A stretch of 59,342 nt of DNA, the filler included, from Bradymonadales bacterium (GTDB taxonomy: Bacteria > Bdellovibrionota > UBA2394), in assembly GCA_007693605.1 (NCBI GenBank). It is 6 parts of 6 records of this genome, joined end to end, with 100 filler letters (N's around TTAATTAATTAA, not from the genome) between each part and the next. Parts side by side here need not be neighbours in the genome. Positions count along the whole stretch, not along the records: positions 38,042 to 53,303 come from REDG01000074.1; positions 53,404 to 56,334 come from REDG01000019.1; 4 more parts are not named here. One strand, given 5' to 3'. Position numbers and translations under genes: made by a program. Below, piece by piece: positions 45,375 through 55,902 of the stretch. Below the pieces are notes generated by a model. The model searched no databases and had not been told where the DNA came from. It saw only the letters and a list, made by a program, of their open reading frames with translations. Each line of letters opens with the position of its first letter. The stretch's first letter is position 1.

Positions 45375-45507
45375 GCCAAACTCTGGATTCGGGAGTGTCC
45401 CTAAAGGCCCATCTGCCCCCTCATTCAGGTCGACCTCCGGTCGACGCCGTTTGCGGATGGCTGCAACGCTCCTTGCCCGCGTTGCAGTGGCGGCTGCGTC
45501 GCTGCGC
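45375..45507 (+). repeat. Truncated copy of the MITE/REP-like element
   Basis: GGCCCATCTGCCCC..GGTCGACCTCCGGTCGAC..GGATGGCTGCAAC..GCTGCGTCGCTGCGC. Confidence 0.8.
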
Positions 45508-46932
45508 TTACCAACCAAATGCACCGAAAAAAGTCTCAGAAGGATCATCCATGCAGAAGCTTGCAATTGCGCTATGCACCGGTTCCGGATCTTCTTGCCA
45601 AGCCACCAGAACGGGGTCTGCTTCAATCACCCGTAGACCTGAAGAATAGGAGACGGGCGCGAAAGCCCTTAAATGATGTCGATCTTCTGGATGAGAGACG
45701 AACTCCCAAAGAGTCGATTTGACGGGATTTCCAGGAAAATTCATCGCTCTCAACGACTCCACTCCTCCTTGAGAATCTCTAAGAACCTCGAATCGATAAA
45801 TCATGGGAAGATTGAAATCTAGCACAAGAACCCCTGAAACTTGATCGGCCCCTTCCTTTTTCTCTGTCTCATAGCCAATCACAAGAACCATATGACCCAA
45901 TTTACTACCAGATTCTGAGCGACGCCAAAAATTTAGATAGGCCAGAGTTCCAGAATCCACTGATCGTTTCACCGAAGACAAGAAGCGATCGAGTTTCTCT
46001 GAGGAGTCGTTCGGACGAATCGCTGGCGCCTTAGAAAGGAATGATCCCAAAAGACTCTGCCCACGGACTCTTCTTTGCTGCTCATGCTGTTCTCGTTGTC
46101 GCTCATCGATCAATGCCAGTATCGGATTCGACTGCAAGTTGGGCAAGCTCGAAATAGTAACGCCTGCTGAACTTACAAGCTTCGAGCCTTCCGCCGTCGA
46201 CCCAATCTGCTCTGTCACAAAAGATGCTTGAAAGAGTCCGTCTAAAAATTCCAAGAAGTCAGATAGATCATCAAAGCCATGAATCTCAACTCGCTCGTAT
46301 CTCAACGCTCTTCTTAGTTTCTCGGCGATCGCCTGATGGGATTCTCTCTCAAGATCTCCCCTAAAACTCACAGCTGAAACAATCGCCTCCTTTAGACAAA
46401 CGATGCCAACACATATTCCTCTTGGATTCTCAAGGCTTCCAATATTAGTGATGAGGGGCTCACTCAAGGAAAAGGGCAAGCTCAATTGCCTGAACTCCCT
46501 ACCCGGCTCTATTCGAGCCACATCGCCAGTCGATCGAGCTCGGGCATAACGGCTTAAGTTCTCAACTGCATCTCTGACGGAACTCCCTGGCGTCAATCGA
46601 TCGAGCTGAGCTTCAAGCTTCTCAACGGCGGGCATCAGCCAATACGAGAGGTCGTGGCCAAAGACAAGGCCAGAAAGAAAGTTAAAACTGATGGCAAAGG
46701 TTGCTGGGTCTTCGAAGCCAGAAGAAATCAGCTCGAGTTCTTGGAGCAGTCTGGCTTCGAGATCCGTAGGCGATGGTCGTTCTCTCTCAAGCTTCACAAA
46801 GGCTTGATAGGCTTCGCGAGCTTGGGAGTAATAGTCCTGCCCACTAGTTGCGCCTACAATCGAGTTGAAAGCAAAAATTACCAAAGAAGCCGCCAGAAGC
46901 TGGCAGTGAGCTTTTAGGCAAAAACGAAGCAT
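45508..46932 (-). CDS. Secreted protein with papain-like cysteine peptidase motifs
   Basis: Signal peptide; GICVG, GHMVLVIGY, VLDFN; sigma54-like site at 46948-46963. Confidence 0.55.
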   Translation of the reverse strand: MLRFCLKAHCQLLAASLVIFAFNSIVGATSGQDYYSQAREAYQAFVKLERERPSPTDLEARLLQELELISSGFEDPATFAISFNFLSGLVFGHDLSYWLMPAVEKLEAQLDRLTPGSSVRDAVENLSRYARARSTGDVARIEPGREFRQLSLPFSLSEPLITNIGSLENPRGICVGIVCLKEAIVSAVSFRGDLERESHQAIAEKLRRALRYERVEIHGFDDLSDFLEFLDGLFQASFVTEQIGSTAEGSKLVSSAGVTISSLPNLQSNPILALIDERQREQHEQQRRVRGQSLLGSFLSKAPAIRPNDSSEKLDRFLSSVKRSVDSGTLAYLNFWRRSESGSKLGHMVLVIGYETEKKEGADQVSGVLVLDFNLPMIYRFEVLRDSQGGVESLRAMNFPGNPVKSTLWEFVSHPEDRHHLRAFAPVSYSSGLRVIEADPVLVAWQEDPEPVHSAIASFCMDDPSETFFGAFGW

Positions 46933-47167
46933 TCAGCTCTGCTGAGTTGCAAATTTGATGCCGCCCAAAATAGCCGCTGAGGCGCTTACTTGAAGCTCAA
47001 CTGCAAACTTTGCAGGCCCGATGAAGGCCTCCCATTCGGGCATCGTGACTCTAGCTGACGGGCCTCTAGCGATTCGTGAGGAATCTTCCTATAGAAAGTT
47101 AGGTGATAGAAGAGCTTTCTTGTACTTCTGGGTCGACTAGCGAGGGGGATCAAGTTAGCTTCCGCGA

Positions 47168-47611
47168 ATGTTGTTTCTTGGCATCATTGGCTCAGGCCTG
47201 ATCGCAACAACGGCGATGACTCTCTTTCTGGCCCTCGTTCATCGAAATCATTTGGCCAATGGCGATATGGCGAGAGCACTGGGCAGCCTGATCACAAAAA
47301 AAGAAGAGGGCAGTCTGGGCTTGGGCCTAGTGATTCACTATGCGGCCGGTTGCTTCTTCGCCGTTCTGTACCACAGCTTGGTGAAGTTTGCGCCTGTGGA
47401 TGCAGGCCCCTATTCCGTGATCTTTATCTGTTTGGCTGCAGGCTTCTTCCACGGGCTTGTGATGAGCATGTTCTTAAGCATTCTGGTCGCAGAACATCAT
47501 CCCTTAGAAAGATTTCGAAAAGCAGGACCGGATGTCGTGATTGCGCACCTGGCAGCCCACCTTGTCTACGGCTTGACTCTGGGAACGAGCTTTTACTTTC
47601 TTATCGGCTAA
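47168..47611 (+). CDS. Four-TM membrane protein with His-bearing helices
   Basis: AT.AMT, G.VIHY..G, HG, HLVYG. Confidence 0.75.
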   Translation: MLFLGIIGSGLIATTAMTLFLALVHRNHLANGDMARALGSLITKKEEGSLGLGLVIHYAAGCFFAVLYHSLVKFAPVDAGPYSVIFICLAAGFFHGLVMSMFLSILVAEHHPLERFRKAGPDVVIAHLAAHLVYGLTLGTSFYFLIG

Positions 47612-47632
47612 GAGAGCCCTGCCCGATTTCGA

Positions 47633-48379
47633 CTAGAGAAAATATTGGGAGGAATCTAACTCCAGAAGGGACCTCATCAGATATTCAAATTTTGTCTCAT
47701 CGATTCCCAGCTCCGCCGCCATAGCTCGCCTGATATGGTAGTGATAGAATTGCTCTCCAAATTGTCGTGTTAGCGAATTGTAAAAATGAAGTAATTGATC
47801 AACTTCATCCCGTTCTAGTTTTCCAGCAAGTTTTTCACCTACCTTTTGAGGGGCTCTGGCGCGGCCAAGTATGCCGTCGAGATCCACCGAGTCTGCCACC
47901 TCTCGAATTGAGAACTCGAGAACGATGAAAATGTTGTCCCCAAGTTTCCAGTTTTTCGCTTCCACAAATTTTCCAACTGCTTCTCTTGTGGCCTCTTCTA
48001 ACCGCCTCCTACGATTATGCTCCTTTGTCCACAGATGAGACTTGCCGATCGCGGACAAAAAGCCCTCAAATGTCGGCCGGCCCCCACCGAGAATTGCAGC
48101 AACAATGCCCTCTGACCTGAAAAACCTTGGATCTTACGCCAGCGCATGAAGAAAGGCATATATATCCGGTGTGATCGTTTCCCCGTGCAAAAGCTTGCGG
48201 AAAACGGGGGCGGTCTCTTCGCCGTAAGTCCTTTCAAGCTCCTTCGCAAGCCTCAAAACCACCATACGACAATGTGACCTAGCCTCTAAGCTATCTGTTA
48301 AACTTAAACCCAAACCGCCAAGAAGAAGGCCAAGAGTCAGTCTCATCACTTTCTTATGAAATTTATGAAGTCTAATCAT
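47633..48379 (-). pseudogene. Secreted protein gene split by one in-frame TAA (48134-48136)
   Basis: ORFs 48134..48466 and 47633..48058 share a frame, and the interval between them is open. Confidence 0.65.
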
Positions 48380-48645
48380 ACGCAGCACCTGCTTTTGGTG
48401 AAGCAAGACTCGTACCTTCAAAAACCTAAGTAAATTCAACAGATCTGGGGGGCTGGCTTGCCCCATCGCTGCCTCAGTCTGCCCCCTGGAGGCCCCCGTT
48501 TCCGGGTCTCATTTCTTGGGGGGCTTGATTTCTGGGCGAGCTGTGTTAAAGGCAGCGAACTGCTTTCGGTCCAACTTTCCGATGGGATGAGTTAGATCGA
48601 GCGCCTTCATTAAATTTAACGAACAAGAAGTGAGGAATTGAAATC

Positions 48646-49782
48646 ATGACGGGAATTAAAAATATTTTTGCTCTTTCAGCAGCCTTTGTTCTTCTGGGGC
48701 CATCCCCTTCTACCGCCCTTGAAGTAAAGAGGTCCAAACAAGAGTTTGACCACTTTCGAGATATTGAACAGGCACCGAGGGATACTCAAGTTGACCCCTA
48801 TGACGCACGATTGACCCGTGCGATTAATGCCCTACGACAGTTTAGAGACGCCAACAGAGCAAATCATAGAACTCAAGCAACAGCGGGGCCAAACCTACCA
48901 AAAATTGTTCTTGATATTGAAAGAATTCTACTGAATTTCCAGAGCGGCTCCAACATTTACTTCATACAGGAGAATCTCCACCGAATAGAGATCTTGAGCG
49001 GGGCGGTCTTGATTCTAAATGAAACTCTTCACAACTTTGTGAAAGACACCGTCAATCACGGCTTTGAACTCAGTGACAAATTGGTAGAGTATGAAAAGGA
49101 AAACTCTGGCTCTAGAAGAGTCTCAAGAAGTCGTCTTCAAGAGATCAATACCGATCTGAGGGCCTCTGCAAAGCCGCTACTAGAGTCTGCAGATAAAATC
49201 AAAGCGGCGATTCAGGATGATCTTTTCCCCTTTATCACAGACTCAAGGGCCTACTGGGATGCTAAGTATCAGGTCGAAGGGGCCGAAAGCATTCTTGAGT
49301 TCATTGATGCCGTTGATGAGATTCGAACAGATATTTACCTAGCGTTCGAGTTTATCGACCCGGCCGTTGCCTTCAAAGAGCTCGAGCCCACTTCAGAGGA
49401 AAAACAGAACTGGCTTGGTCAAGTGAGAATTGAAGAGACTTATTCAGACATCCAGAGTCAGATCGCCGCCTACAGAAGGGTGGAGCTGGCCTGGCAGTTC
49501 ACCGTTGAAACTTTAGCAGATTCACTAGCGAAGCTTAGAGGCTCTAGTGCGAATCTGGGAAGCGCCTTGCTATATGATAATGATGCCCACCAAGCTCTAG
49601 AATCAATTCGAATGGCCTTTGTTCAGTCAGTAAAGGAGAACCCTCAAGACTCTGTAGTTCAAGTCGATACAATCGTCAGAAGAGTCGAAAATGCTGAAAG
49701 GGCACTTGTCGGAATCAGAAATCGGCATCGAGATCAGCAACAGAGGCTCCAACGGACTGAGACAGAAGTTAGCCAGCGCTAA
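48646..49782 (+). CDS. Secreted helical hypothetical protein
   Basis: Signal peptide; GAGGA RBS. Confidence 0.75.
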   Translation: MTGIKNIFALSAAFVLLGPSPSTALEVKRSKQEFDHFRDIEQAPRDTQVDPYDARLTRAINALRQFRDANRANHRTQATAGPNLPKIVLDIERILLNFQSGSNIYFIQENLHRIEILSGAVLILNETLHNFVKDTVNHGFELSDKLVEYEKENSGSRRVSRSRLQEINTDLRASAKPLLESADKIKAAIQDDLFPFITDSRAYWDAKYQVEGAESILEFIDAVDEIRTDIYLAFEFIDPAVAFKELEPTSEEKQNWLGQVRIEETYSDIQSQIAAYRRVELAWQFTVETLADSLAKLRGSSANLGSALLYDNDAHQALESIRMAFVQSVKENPQDSVVQVDTIVRRVENAERALVGIRNRHRDQQQRLQRTETEVSQR

Positions 49783-49820
49783 GCGGCTAACTTCTAGTCG
49801 CAGCTTTTGGGAGGGCGATC

Positions 49821-50795
49821 GTGACTGACAGGGCTCCATCTTTAGTTGAATTCCCAAAGAAGCGAGAGCTTCTTTGGGTTTTTACTGCCCTCTTTGTTTT
49901 GATTTCCTTTGTGAAAGACCTTGCTGCTGTTGAATACGACGATCTCTGGGTCGTTGAGCTAGAAGCTGAGCTAGGAGACTCCCCCGAAGAAGTCTTATTG
50001 AAAGAACTAGAAGATCTGATTGAAGAAGCGGATATCACCCGTCAGTCAAAGTCTGACTATAAAAACTCGGGGCATTATCAACTGGCATTGATTTCTATTC
50101 GAGACAGAATTCTAAAGAACTTTGTCGACCTTTCTCTCACTCAGGTCATTGAGCCAGAGCTTGATTTTGACGAAGACGATGACATCATTGAAGCAGCGAT
50201 ATTTCTGCGATCACTGTTAGATACATTTGACTGCTTTCTGCCCCTTCCTGACTCTCAAGATTACGCTAAAGCTTATCAACACTCCTTCGAGAGCATTGAA
50301 CTCTGTCTGTCTCAGGCTCTTACCGCGGCTCGTAGCAGATTCCGAAGCTTTCAGATAGCTGCTGAAAGCACCCATCAGCCAGATCGAGACGAAGCTGTAA
50401 GATATACAAGTTTAAGAAACGCCATCGACAGCCAGTTCGATCGACTTACAGCATATGGCATCTTTCTTCCTGCTCTAAATGCTGAGAGTTTCCTACATCA
50501 ATCTCGAACCGACGAACAGATTCGATTCTTTCTGGAGAAACCCATTCTGCAAAGCATTCAAGACATTCTATTAAGACTAGATAGATCCTCTTACTCGCCA
50601 ATAGAGGAAGATTCTCGATTCTGGACTTATCTAAATCCCGTCTTTGAAGAGCTTCGTCAACTGGCCCTCTGGGGAAGCCCTGGTCGGAACACAAAAGAAA
50701 TTGAAAGGCAACTCGATCAACTCCTCTTAAAATCCGATAGATTTGTGCGAGATGCAAAAGAAAGAGCCGCAGCTCGTTCTCGAGACGGCCTTTAG
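49821..50795 (+). CDS. Secreted or membrane-anchored hypothetical protein
   Basis: N-terminal hydrophobic segment; GGAGG RBS. Confidence 0.7.
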   Translation: MTDRAPSLVEFPKKRELLWVFTALFVLISFVKDLAAVEYDDLWVVELEAELGDSPEEVLLKELEDLIEEADITRQSKSDYKNSGHYQLALISIRDRILKNFVDLSLTQVIEPELDFDEDDDIIEAAIFLRSLLDTFDCFLPLPDSQDYAKAYQHSFESIELCLSQALTAARSRFRSFQIAAESTHQPDRDEAVRYTSLRNAIDSQFDRLTAYGIFLPALNAESFLHQSRTDEQIRFFLEKPILQSIQDILLRLDRSSYSPIEEDSRFWTYLNPVFEELRQLALWGSPGRNTKEIERQLDQLLLKSDRFVRDAKERAAARSRDGL

Positions 50796-50805
50796 CAAGA
50801 GTTCC

Positions 50806-52932
50806 CTAGAGATTGCAGTTGGCCACTGGGCTCACGAAAAGCTCTCGAAGACTTCGATCCATATTTTTCCTTGCTCTCTGAGCCTCATGAGGTCTCCACT
50901 TTTGTCCGCTCTGTAGACGAAGACTCTCACGGTATTCTTGCGCTGAACGCCGAAGATGAGACACATCATAAAGCCCTTCCGCTTGAGCAAACTCCCTCAG
51001 CATCCGAATCACACCCTCAGAAGAGACGCCTGAGTTCCTGGGGTTAAATGTAAAGTGAAGCCTCCCATTCTTAGTCTGCACAGAGAAAAAATACCCCTCT
51101 TCTTCAAATTTTCTTGCCCAAAATCGCTGCAGTTCTTCAAGTTTTTGATTTGAGAGCTGCGTCTCTAGTTCTTGTAAGCTCCAGTCCGATCGACTCGCCC
51201 ACCAGCTGGAATCAAGCTCTGACAAGAGTTCGAGATCCAAGACGGGACCTCGAAGCTCTAAGACAAGATCAAAAGATCTTGAAGGAAGCGGACGAATCGG
51301 AGACTGAACCCAATAGTCAAACTCCAATTCTTGGGGGTGAACCAGTCTCAAGGGAAGGGGCAGAATTTCTCGAATCTCTTCCATTTTCAACGGAATCGGT
51401 TGTCCTCCGAGAGTGGACTTTCGTAGTCGATCTCTCGGCTCCATCGTCTTCAATTCTTCAAGAAGTCGTTGCCGATCAACCAGGCCATTTCTTTGCGTGA
51501 AGTCTCGGATATGTGCTCTGATCTGATCTTCGGTCACCCCCCCTGAAAACTCGACAACAAAAGAATACTCATGCCGTTTCGTGAGCCGTTCTAAAAAACT
51601 GCCACGACGACGAGATCGGACTCCATCTGGCCCTAAAGGCTTGAAGAGCTCTTCAAGAGCTTCCTGGTCGGCCTCAAGCCTTCCGGCCTCAGCGATACTA
51701 TTGAGCTCGAACCAAGCCTTAGTGGTCAGGTCCAGCAGCATCGCTTGGGGCATCTCTTGTAGAAGTTCCAGATCGAGAAGAGATGCCGGGCGCTCTATTC
51801 GCAGCTCGATCCTTCCCCCCCGCCCTCGATGAATCTCATAACGCCAATCAAAAACCTGGGGGGAGACGAGCCGAAAGGGAATCGGAAGCTTCTTTAGATT
51901 CGAAAGACTTGGGTCCTCCTGAAAATTTAATTGATTCGCCTGCCGTTCTTGGATTTGCCTTTCTATGTCAGGCGCAGGACTCTCGACTTGAGAGCCCGAA
52001 GAATCCGAGCCGCCTTGAATATATCGATCTCTAGCCAAGCGCTCTCGTCTTTCCCACTCTTTTCTTAGCAGCCTTTCGGACTGAGTTTCCTTTTCTAGAG
52101 TCCAGCTCCTCGCGACTTCTGAACGCTGTTGATCGACAGGGCTCTCGACATTCGGAAGCGCCAAAGCCCCAAAGGCTTTCACAATGTCAGAGATTTCATC
52201 CATTGAAGGAATGGATGCCATGTCTATACTGAAATTCTGTCCTCCGCGGCTTTCTCGATAGAGAGGAGCGCCCCAGCGAAAGCTCTCAAAATCCCGAAGT
52301 CTCTCGCCCCAGTCTTGAGACAACCTCTGATCCACCAATCCTGGACCCGCCTCGGCGCCCACTTGAATCACAAGTGGCCGAGATTTCCCCCTTAGGAAGC
52401 CTCGGCTAAATCCCTGAAACTCAGAACGAGAACTGTCTAGAAAAGTTTCGAAGTTGTCTGGATCTCCGATGAAAACAAAAGAAAAATTTCGATCCCCACC
52501 CAATAGATGCCATGGCCTATCTTCGTCTTTGTTGTCTCGAGTGCGAATAAGGTTTTCTAGGCTCATCTTGAAGCTTCTGTTATTGGGTCGCCGATCGAGA
52601 AATCCCGACCAGAACGAATCAAGATCCGGACGAAGTTCGTCCAAACGGACCGTCCCCCTTGCCACATACCTCGGAGATCTTCCCATTAAGACATAGGACA
52701 CCGCCTGAGTGTGGCGCCCTTCCATCTCGAGCAGAAGCTGTGCGATTAGCTCATTGGCAATAGGCCGATCTGCCGGACTCAAATCTTCGTCCACAAAAAA
52801 CAGCATGGTGCTCGGCCACTGCGGCTGCCAGCTGCTCTGAGCCTCCGCCCCCAAGAGCGATAGCACCCCGCCCCCAAGCAAACTGAATGCTGAAAACCCA
52901 AAAAAGCCAAAAACAAGTCCAAAACCACGCAT
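50806..52932 (-). CDS. Secreted hypothetical protein with duplicated C-terminal domain
   Basis: Signal peptide; LP.P.RLV.PQ...LDLELL.E motif twice; sigma54-like site at 52951-52966. Confidence 0.7.
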   Translation of the reverse strand: MRGFGLVFGFFGFSAFSLLGGGVLSLLGAEAQSSWQPQWPSTMLFFVDEDLSPADRPIANELIAQLLLEMEGRHTQAVSYVLMGRSPRYVARGTVRLDELRPDLDSFWSGFLDRRPNNRSFKMSLENLIRTRDNKDEDRPWHLLGGDRNFSFVFIGDPDNFETFLDSSRSEFQGFSRGFLRGKSRPLVIQVGAEAGPGLVDQRLSQDWGERLRDFESFRWGAPLYRESRGGQNFSIDMASIPSMDEISDIVKAFGALALPNVESPVDQQRSEVARSWTLEKETQSERLLRKEWERRERLARDRYIQGGSDSSGSQVESPAPDIERQIQERQANQLNFQEDPSLSNLKKLPIPFRLVSPQVFDWRYEIHRGRGGRIELRIERPASLLDLELLQEMPQAMLLDLTTKAWFELNSIAEAGRLEADQEALEELFKPLGPDGVRSRRRGSFLERLTKRHEYSFVVEFSGGVTEDQIRAHIRDFTQRNGLVDRQRLLEELKTMEPRDRLRKSTLGGQPIPLKMEEIREILPLPLRLVHPQELEFDYWVQSPIRPLPSRSFDLVLELRGPVLDLELLSELDSSWWASRSDWSLQELETQLSNQKLEELQRFWARKFEEEGYFFSVQTKNGRLHFTFNPRNSGVSSEGVIRMLREFAQAEGLYDVSHLRRSAQEYRESLRLQSGQKWRPHEAQRARKNMDRSLRELFVSPVANCNL

Positions 52933-53078
52933 TGCTATCTGTCATCAAGCTGCAAGCTCTATGCCCTCGGCAGTCTTGGAATTTCAACTACTTATAGTCG
53001 AAGCTCCTGCTCAGATTGCGACATCAAGGCAGCACTCCAATCTGAACAGAAGGTGAATGCCTACTTTAAGGCTCTGTC

Positions 53079-53303
53079 GCCAAACTCTGGCTTCGGGAAT
53101 GTCGACAAGGATCCAGATACGAGAAGGCAAGGAGCGAGCATCGCAGTGTGGTCCAAATGCCACTCGAGAAGCGCAGCGACGCAGCCGCCACTGCAACGCG
53201 GGAAAGGAGCGTTGCAGCCATCCTCAAATCATGTCGACCGAAGGTCGACCAGAGTGTAGGGGCAGATGGGCCTTTAGCGATTCATGGGGAGTGGCGATAA
53301 GGG
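53079..53303 (-). repeat. Full copy of the MITE/REP-like element with tandem junction at the contig end
   Basis: Reverse complement of the 34006 family; same CCCCATGAA junction. Confidence 0.85.
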
Positions 53304-53403
53304 NNNNNNNNNNNNNNNNNNNNNNNNNNNNNNNNNNNNNNNNNNNNTTAATTAATTAANNNNNNNNNNNNNNNNNNNNNNNNNNNNNNNNNNNNNNNNN
53401 NNN
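53304..53403. other. Artificial contig linker
   Basis: N44-TTAATTAATTAA-N44. Confidence 0.99.
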
Positions 53404-54805
53404 TCCCTGAAAAACCCTGGCGGTCTACTTTCCCCCAGCTGGATTGTCCGAAAAAGTATCGCAGAAGTCCTTTCGCTCGAAACAAGCTTGTCATCTGCCG
53501 ATATCCGAGATGTTCAATACAGGCCAAAAGACTTAAGAACAAAAATTGTCCAAAACGGGGATATTTGTGAAAAGCATTCTCTTCAATGAGAACAGCCGCG
53601 AGAGACATAAAGAGCCCAAACACAATGTTGACGATGACAAAAAACAAAAAGATTTCTAACGAGACATATCCCCACCACAAGCCGAAACCAATCATCAGGT
53701 AGGCCAGAACTTCGATGATGGGCCCGAAGAGTTCGACGATATAAAAATAGGGGAAGGCAAAAAGTCCGGCCAGCCGATAGCGCGGGTTTAGAAACATTTT
53801 TTGGTTGCTCAAAAGACTTTCCGCAAGGCCCTGCTGCCAACGGTCTCGCTGTTGAGATAGGCTTCGGATGTTTTCTGGAACCTCTGTCCAGCAAATGGGG
53901 TCGGGAACAAAACAGATGCGAAAGGGAATCTCGTTTTCGGTCGCATAGCGACGCAAGCGCACAACGAGCTCCATGTCTTCGCCGAGGCTTCCCCTCCGAT
54001 AACCTCCCGCCTCTTGAACCACATCCCTTCGAAACAGGCCAAAGGCTCCGGAAATAATCAAAGTAGAGCCAAGAGCGTTCCATCCGAGTCGCCCAAACAA
54101 GAAAGCTCTTAGGTATTCCACGATCTGAATCAGAACAAGAGGGTTTCGGCTGAATCTAACCTCAGACACTCGGCCATATTCAACTCGACATCCGTTGACC
54201 GGTCGCACGGTTCCTCCCGACGCCAAAGTGGTCTCTGGCTCCTCAATAAACGGAATCACCACCTTCAAGAGGCCATCTCGTTCTAAAATGGAATCGGAAT
54301 CGACAGCGCAAAACAGGGGCTTGGAAGCGAAACCAATTCCCACATTGATCGAGTCCGCCTTTCCTCCGTTTTCTTTGTCAATCACGAAGAGATTGGAGTA
54401 GCTGCGACTTTCATAGAATTGCCGAACCTTTGATGATGAGAGGCGGTGATCATAAAATCGTTCGGATGGAACAAGCTGAAAATTCTCAATCAATACCTTC
54501 AGGCTTGAATCCGATGACCCGTCGTTTACAATCAAGATCTCTAGATTAGGGTAGTCGAGCATGAGGAAAGATTTGACTGACTCTGAAAGGGTCTTCTCTT
54601 CGTTGTAGGCAGGAGCGATGAGACTGATCCCGGGAGCAATCACATCAAATCTCTCCTTCATACTCTCAACAAGACCCTGGGTTTTTATATTCTTTCGAAC
54701 TGAAAAAAAAGAGAGGAGGAGCAGAGTAAAGCCCGTCAGGTTAGCGAATAGGAAAAAGAAGATGAGCCCAAAGGCGATGTATTCAAACCAGATAGAGAGC
54801 ATCAT
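53404..54805 (-). CDS. Processive GT2 glycosyltransferase (PgaC/IcaA-like), 3' end at the contig edge
   Basis: PAYNEE, NDGS, NGGKA, DSD, SGAFG, GED, QRDRW. Confidence 0.92.
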
Positions 54806-54863
54806 GATCGAGGCCCTTTTGCTGAAACTTTGAAAGGCAAAGAAGATCCATCTGATCTGGTTT

Positions 54864-55901
54864 TCACGCGTCGACCCCGATTTGAAGCTGAAGCTTGAGA
54901 TTAAAAATCTCTCGTCGAACGCCAAAGTCTTGGTCAGTCTCTAGACCTTTAAGTTGAGTATGGAGGTTTCGCTCTCCGAGACGGTAGAGCGAAACCAGGG
55001 CCTTAGCCTGAATCATGCTGTTTGGGTGGGTCAGTAGCTTTCGCAGGCTAGGTATCGCTGAAGTTTCGCCAATCTCACCCAAAGCCTCTGAGCAAGCCTC
55101 GGCCACCCCCTCGTCCCCACTTTCGGCCAGAGATAGAATGACTGGCAGGGCAGATTGCACTTTCTTCCTTCCCAGCACTTCAATGCACAGGCTTGCCACA
55201 AAGGGATCGAAGCACTCGAAAAGATAGCGAATCACTCGGCTGGGGTCTCGATCAGCCAGATTCATTAGAATTTCTGTAAAAAGATCTCTTCGGGCAGGCG
55301 CCTTTCGGCTCAAGGCGTCTAAAAGGGGCTCTACTTCATTGGTTACCTTGCTGTAAGCGCGAATGGAGACAAGAACAACAAGGTCATTCTTGTCTTTCAG
55401 CATCTTTCTAAAGGCGCCTTCAAGCTCTGGATCTTCTAGCCGCTCTAAACGAAGAACGGCTGCCAGTCTTTTCGACCACCAAAGAGAATTGAGATCTGAG
55501 AGGTCGTCAGAGAAAAAACCGCACTCCTTATAGAGTCGATTCAAAAGCTGATGCTCATGATCCTTAAAGACCTTGAGCTGTTCTTGAAGAATTCGCCTAA
55601 GAAAGCCGTAGCGACCTGGCGATCGGATGGCTTGTCGCAGTTCTGCCAAGGCCAAGGGTCGATCATCAGGTGTCTCTGGGTAAAGATATTGGAGCCAGAG
55701 CTTCTCAAATCTCTTTTGCCAATAGGGGTCTGACCGGCGAGTCCAAAGGCGTCGAAGTCTCTTTGCGGCGGCCAACACGAAGAGTAGGCAGAGAATTACC
55801 ACCTGCACAGCTAGAAAGAACTCAATCACCTCTGTCGTTGTTGGACTCGTTTGATTTGGCCAATTGAAAAGCTTGAAATCAAACAACCATTCGCCCACCA
55901 A
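54864..55901 (-). CDS. Membrane-anchored HEAT-repeat protein
   Basis: N-terminal TM; ALG.IG...AIP.L..LL repeats. Confidence 0.85.
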   Translation of the reverse strand: MVGEWLFDFKLFNWPNQTSPTTTEVIEFFLAVQVVILCLLFVLAAAKRLRRLWTRRSDPYWQKRFEKLWLQYLYPETPDDRPLALAELRQAIRSPGRYGFLRRILQEQLKVFKDHEHQLLNRLYKECGFFSDDLSDLNSLWWSKRLAAVLRLERLEDPELEGAFRKMLKDKNDLVVLVSIRAYSKVTNEVEPLLDALSRKAPARRDLFTEILMNLADRDPSRVIRYLFECFDPFVASLCIEVLGRKKVQSALPVILSLAESGDEGVAEACSEALGEIGETSAIPSLRKLLTHPNSMIQAKALVSLYRLGERNLHTQLKGLETDQDFGVRREIFNLKLQLQIGVDA

Positions 55902-55902
55902 C

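Noticed and set aside
33949..53359. Small ORFs 33949..34140, 45312..45649 and 53011..53359 with mutual similarity
   Set aside because: They are translations of the MITE/REP-like repeat.
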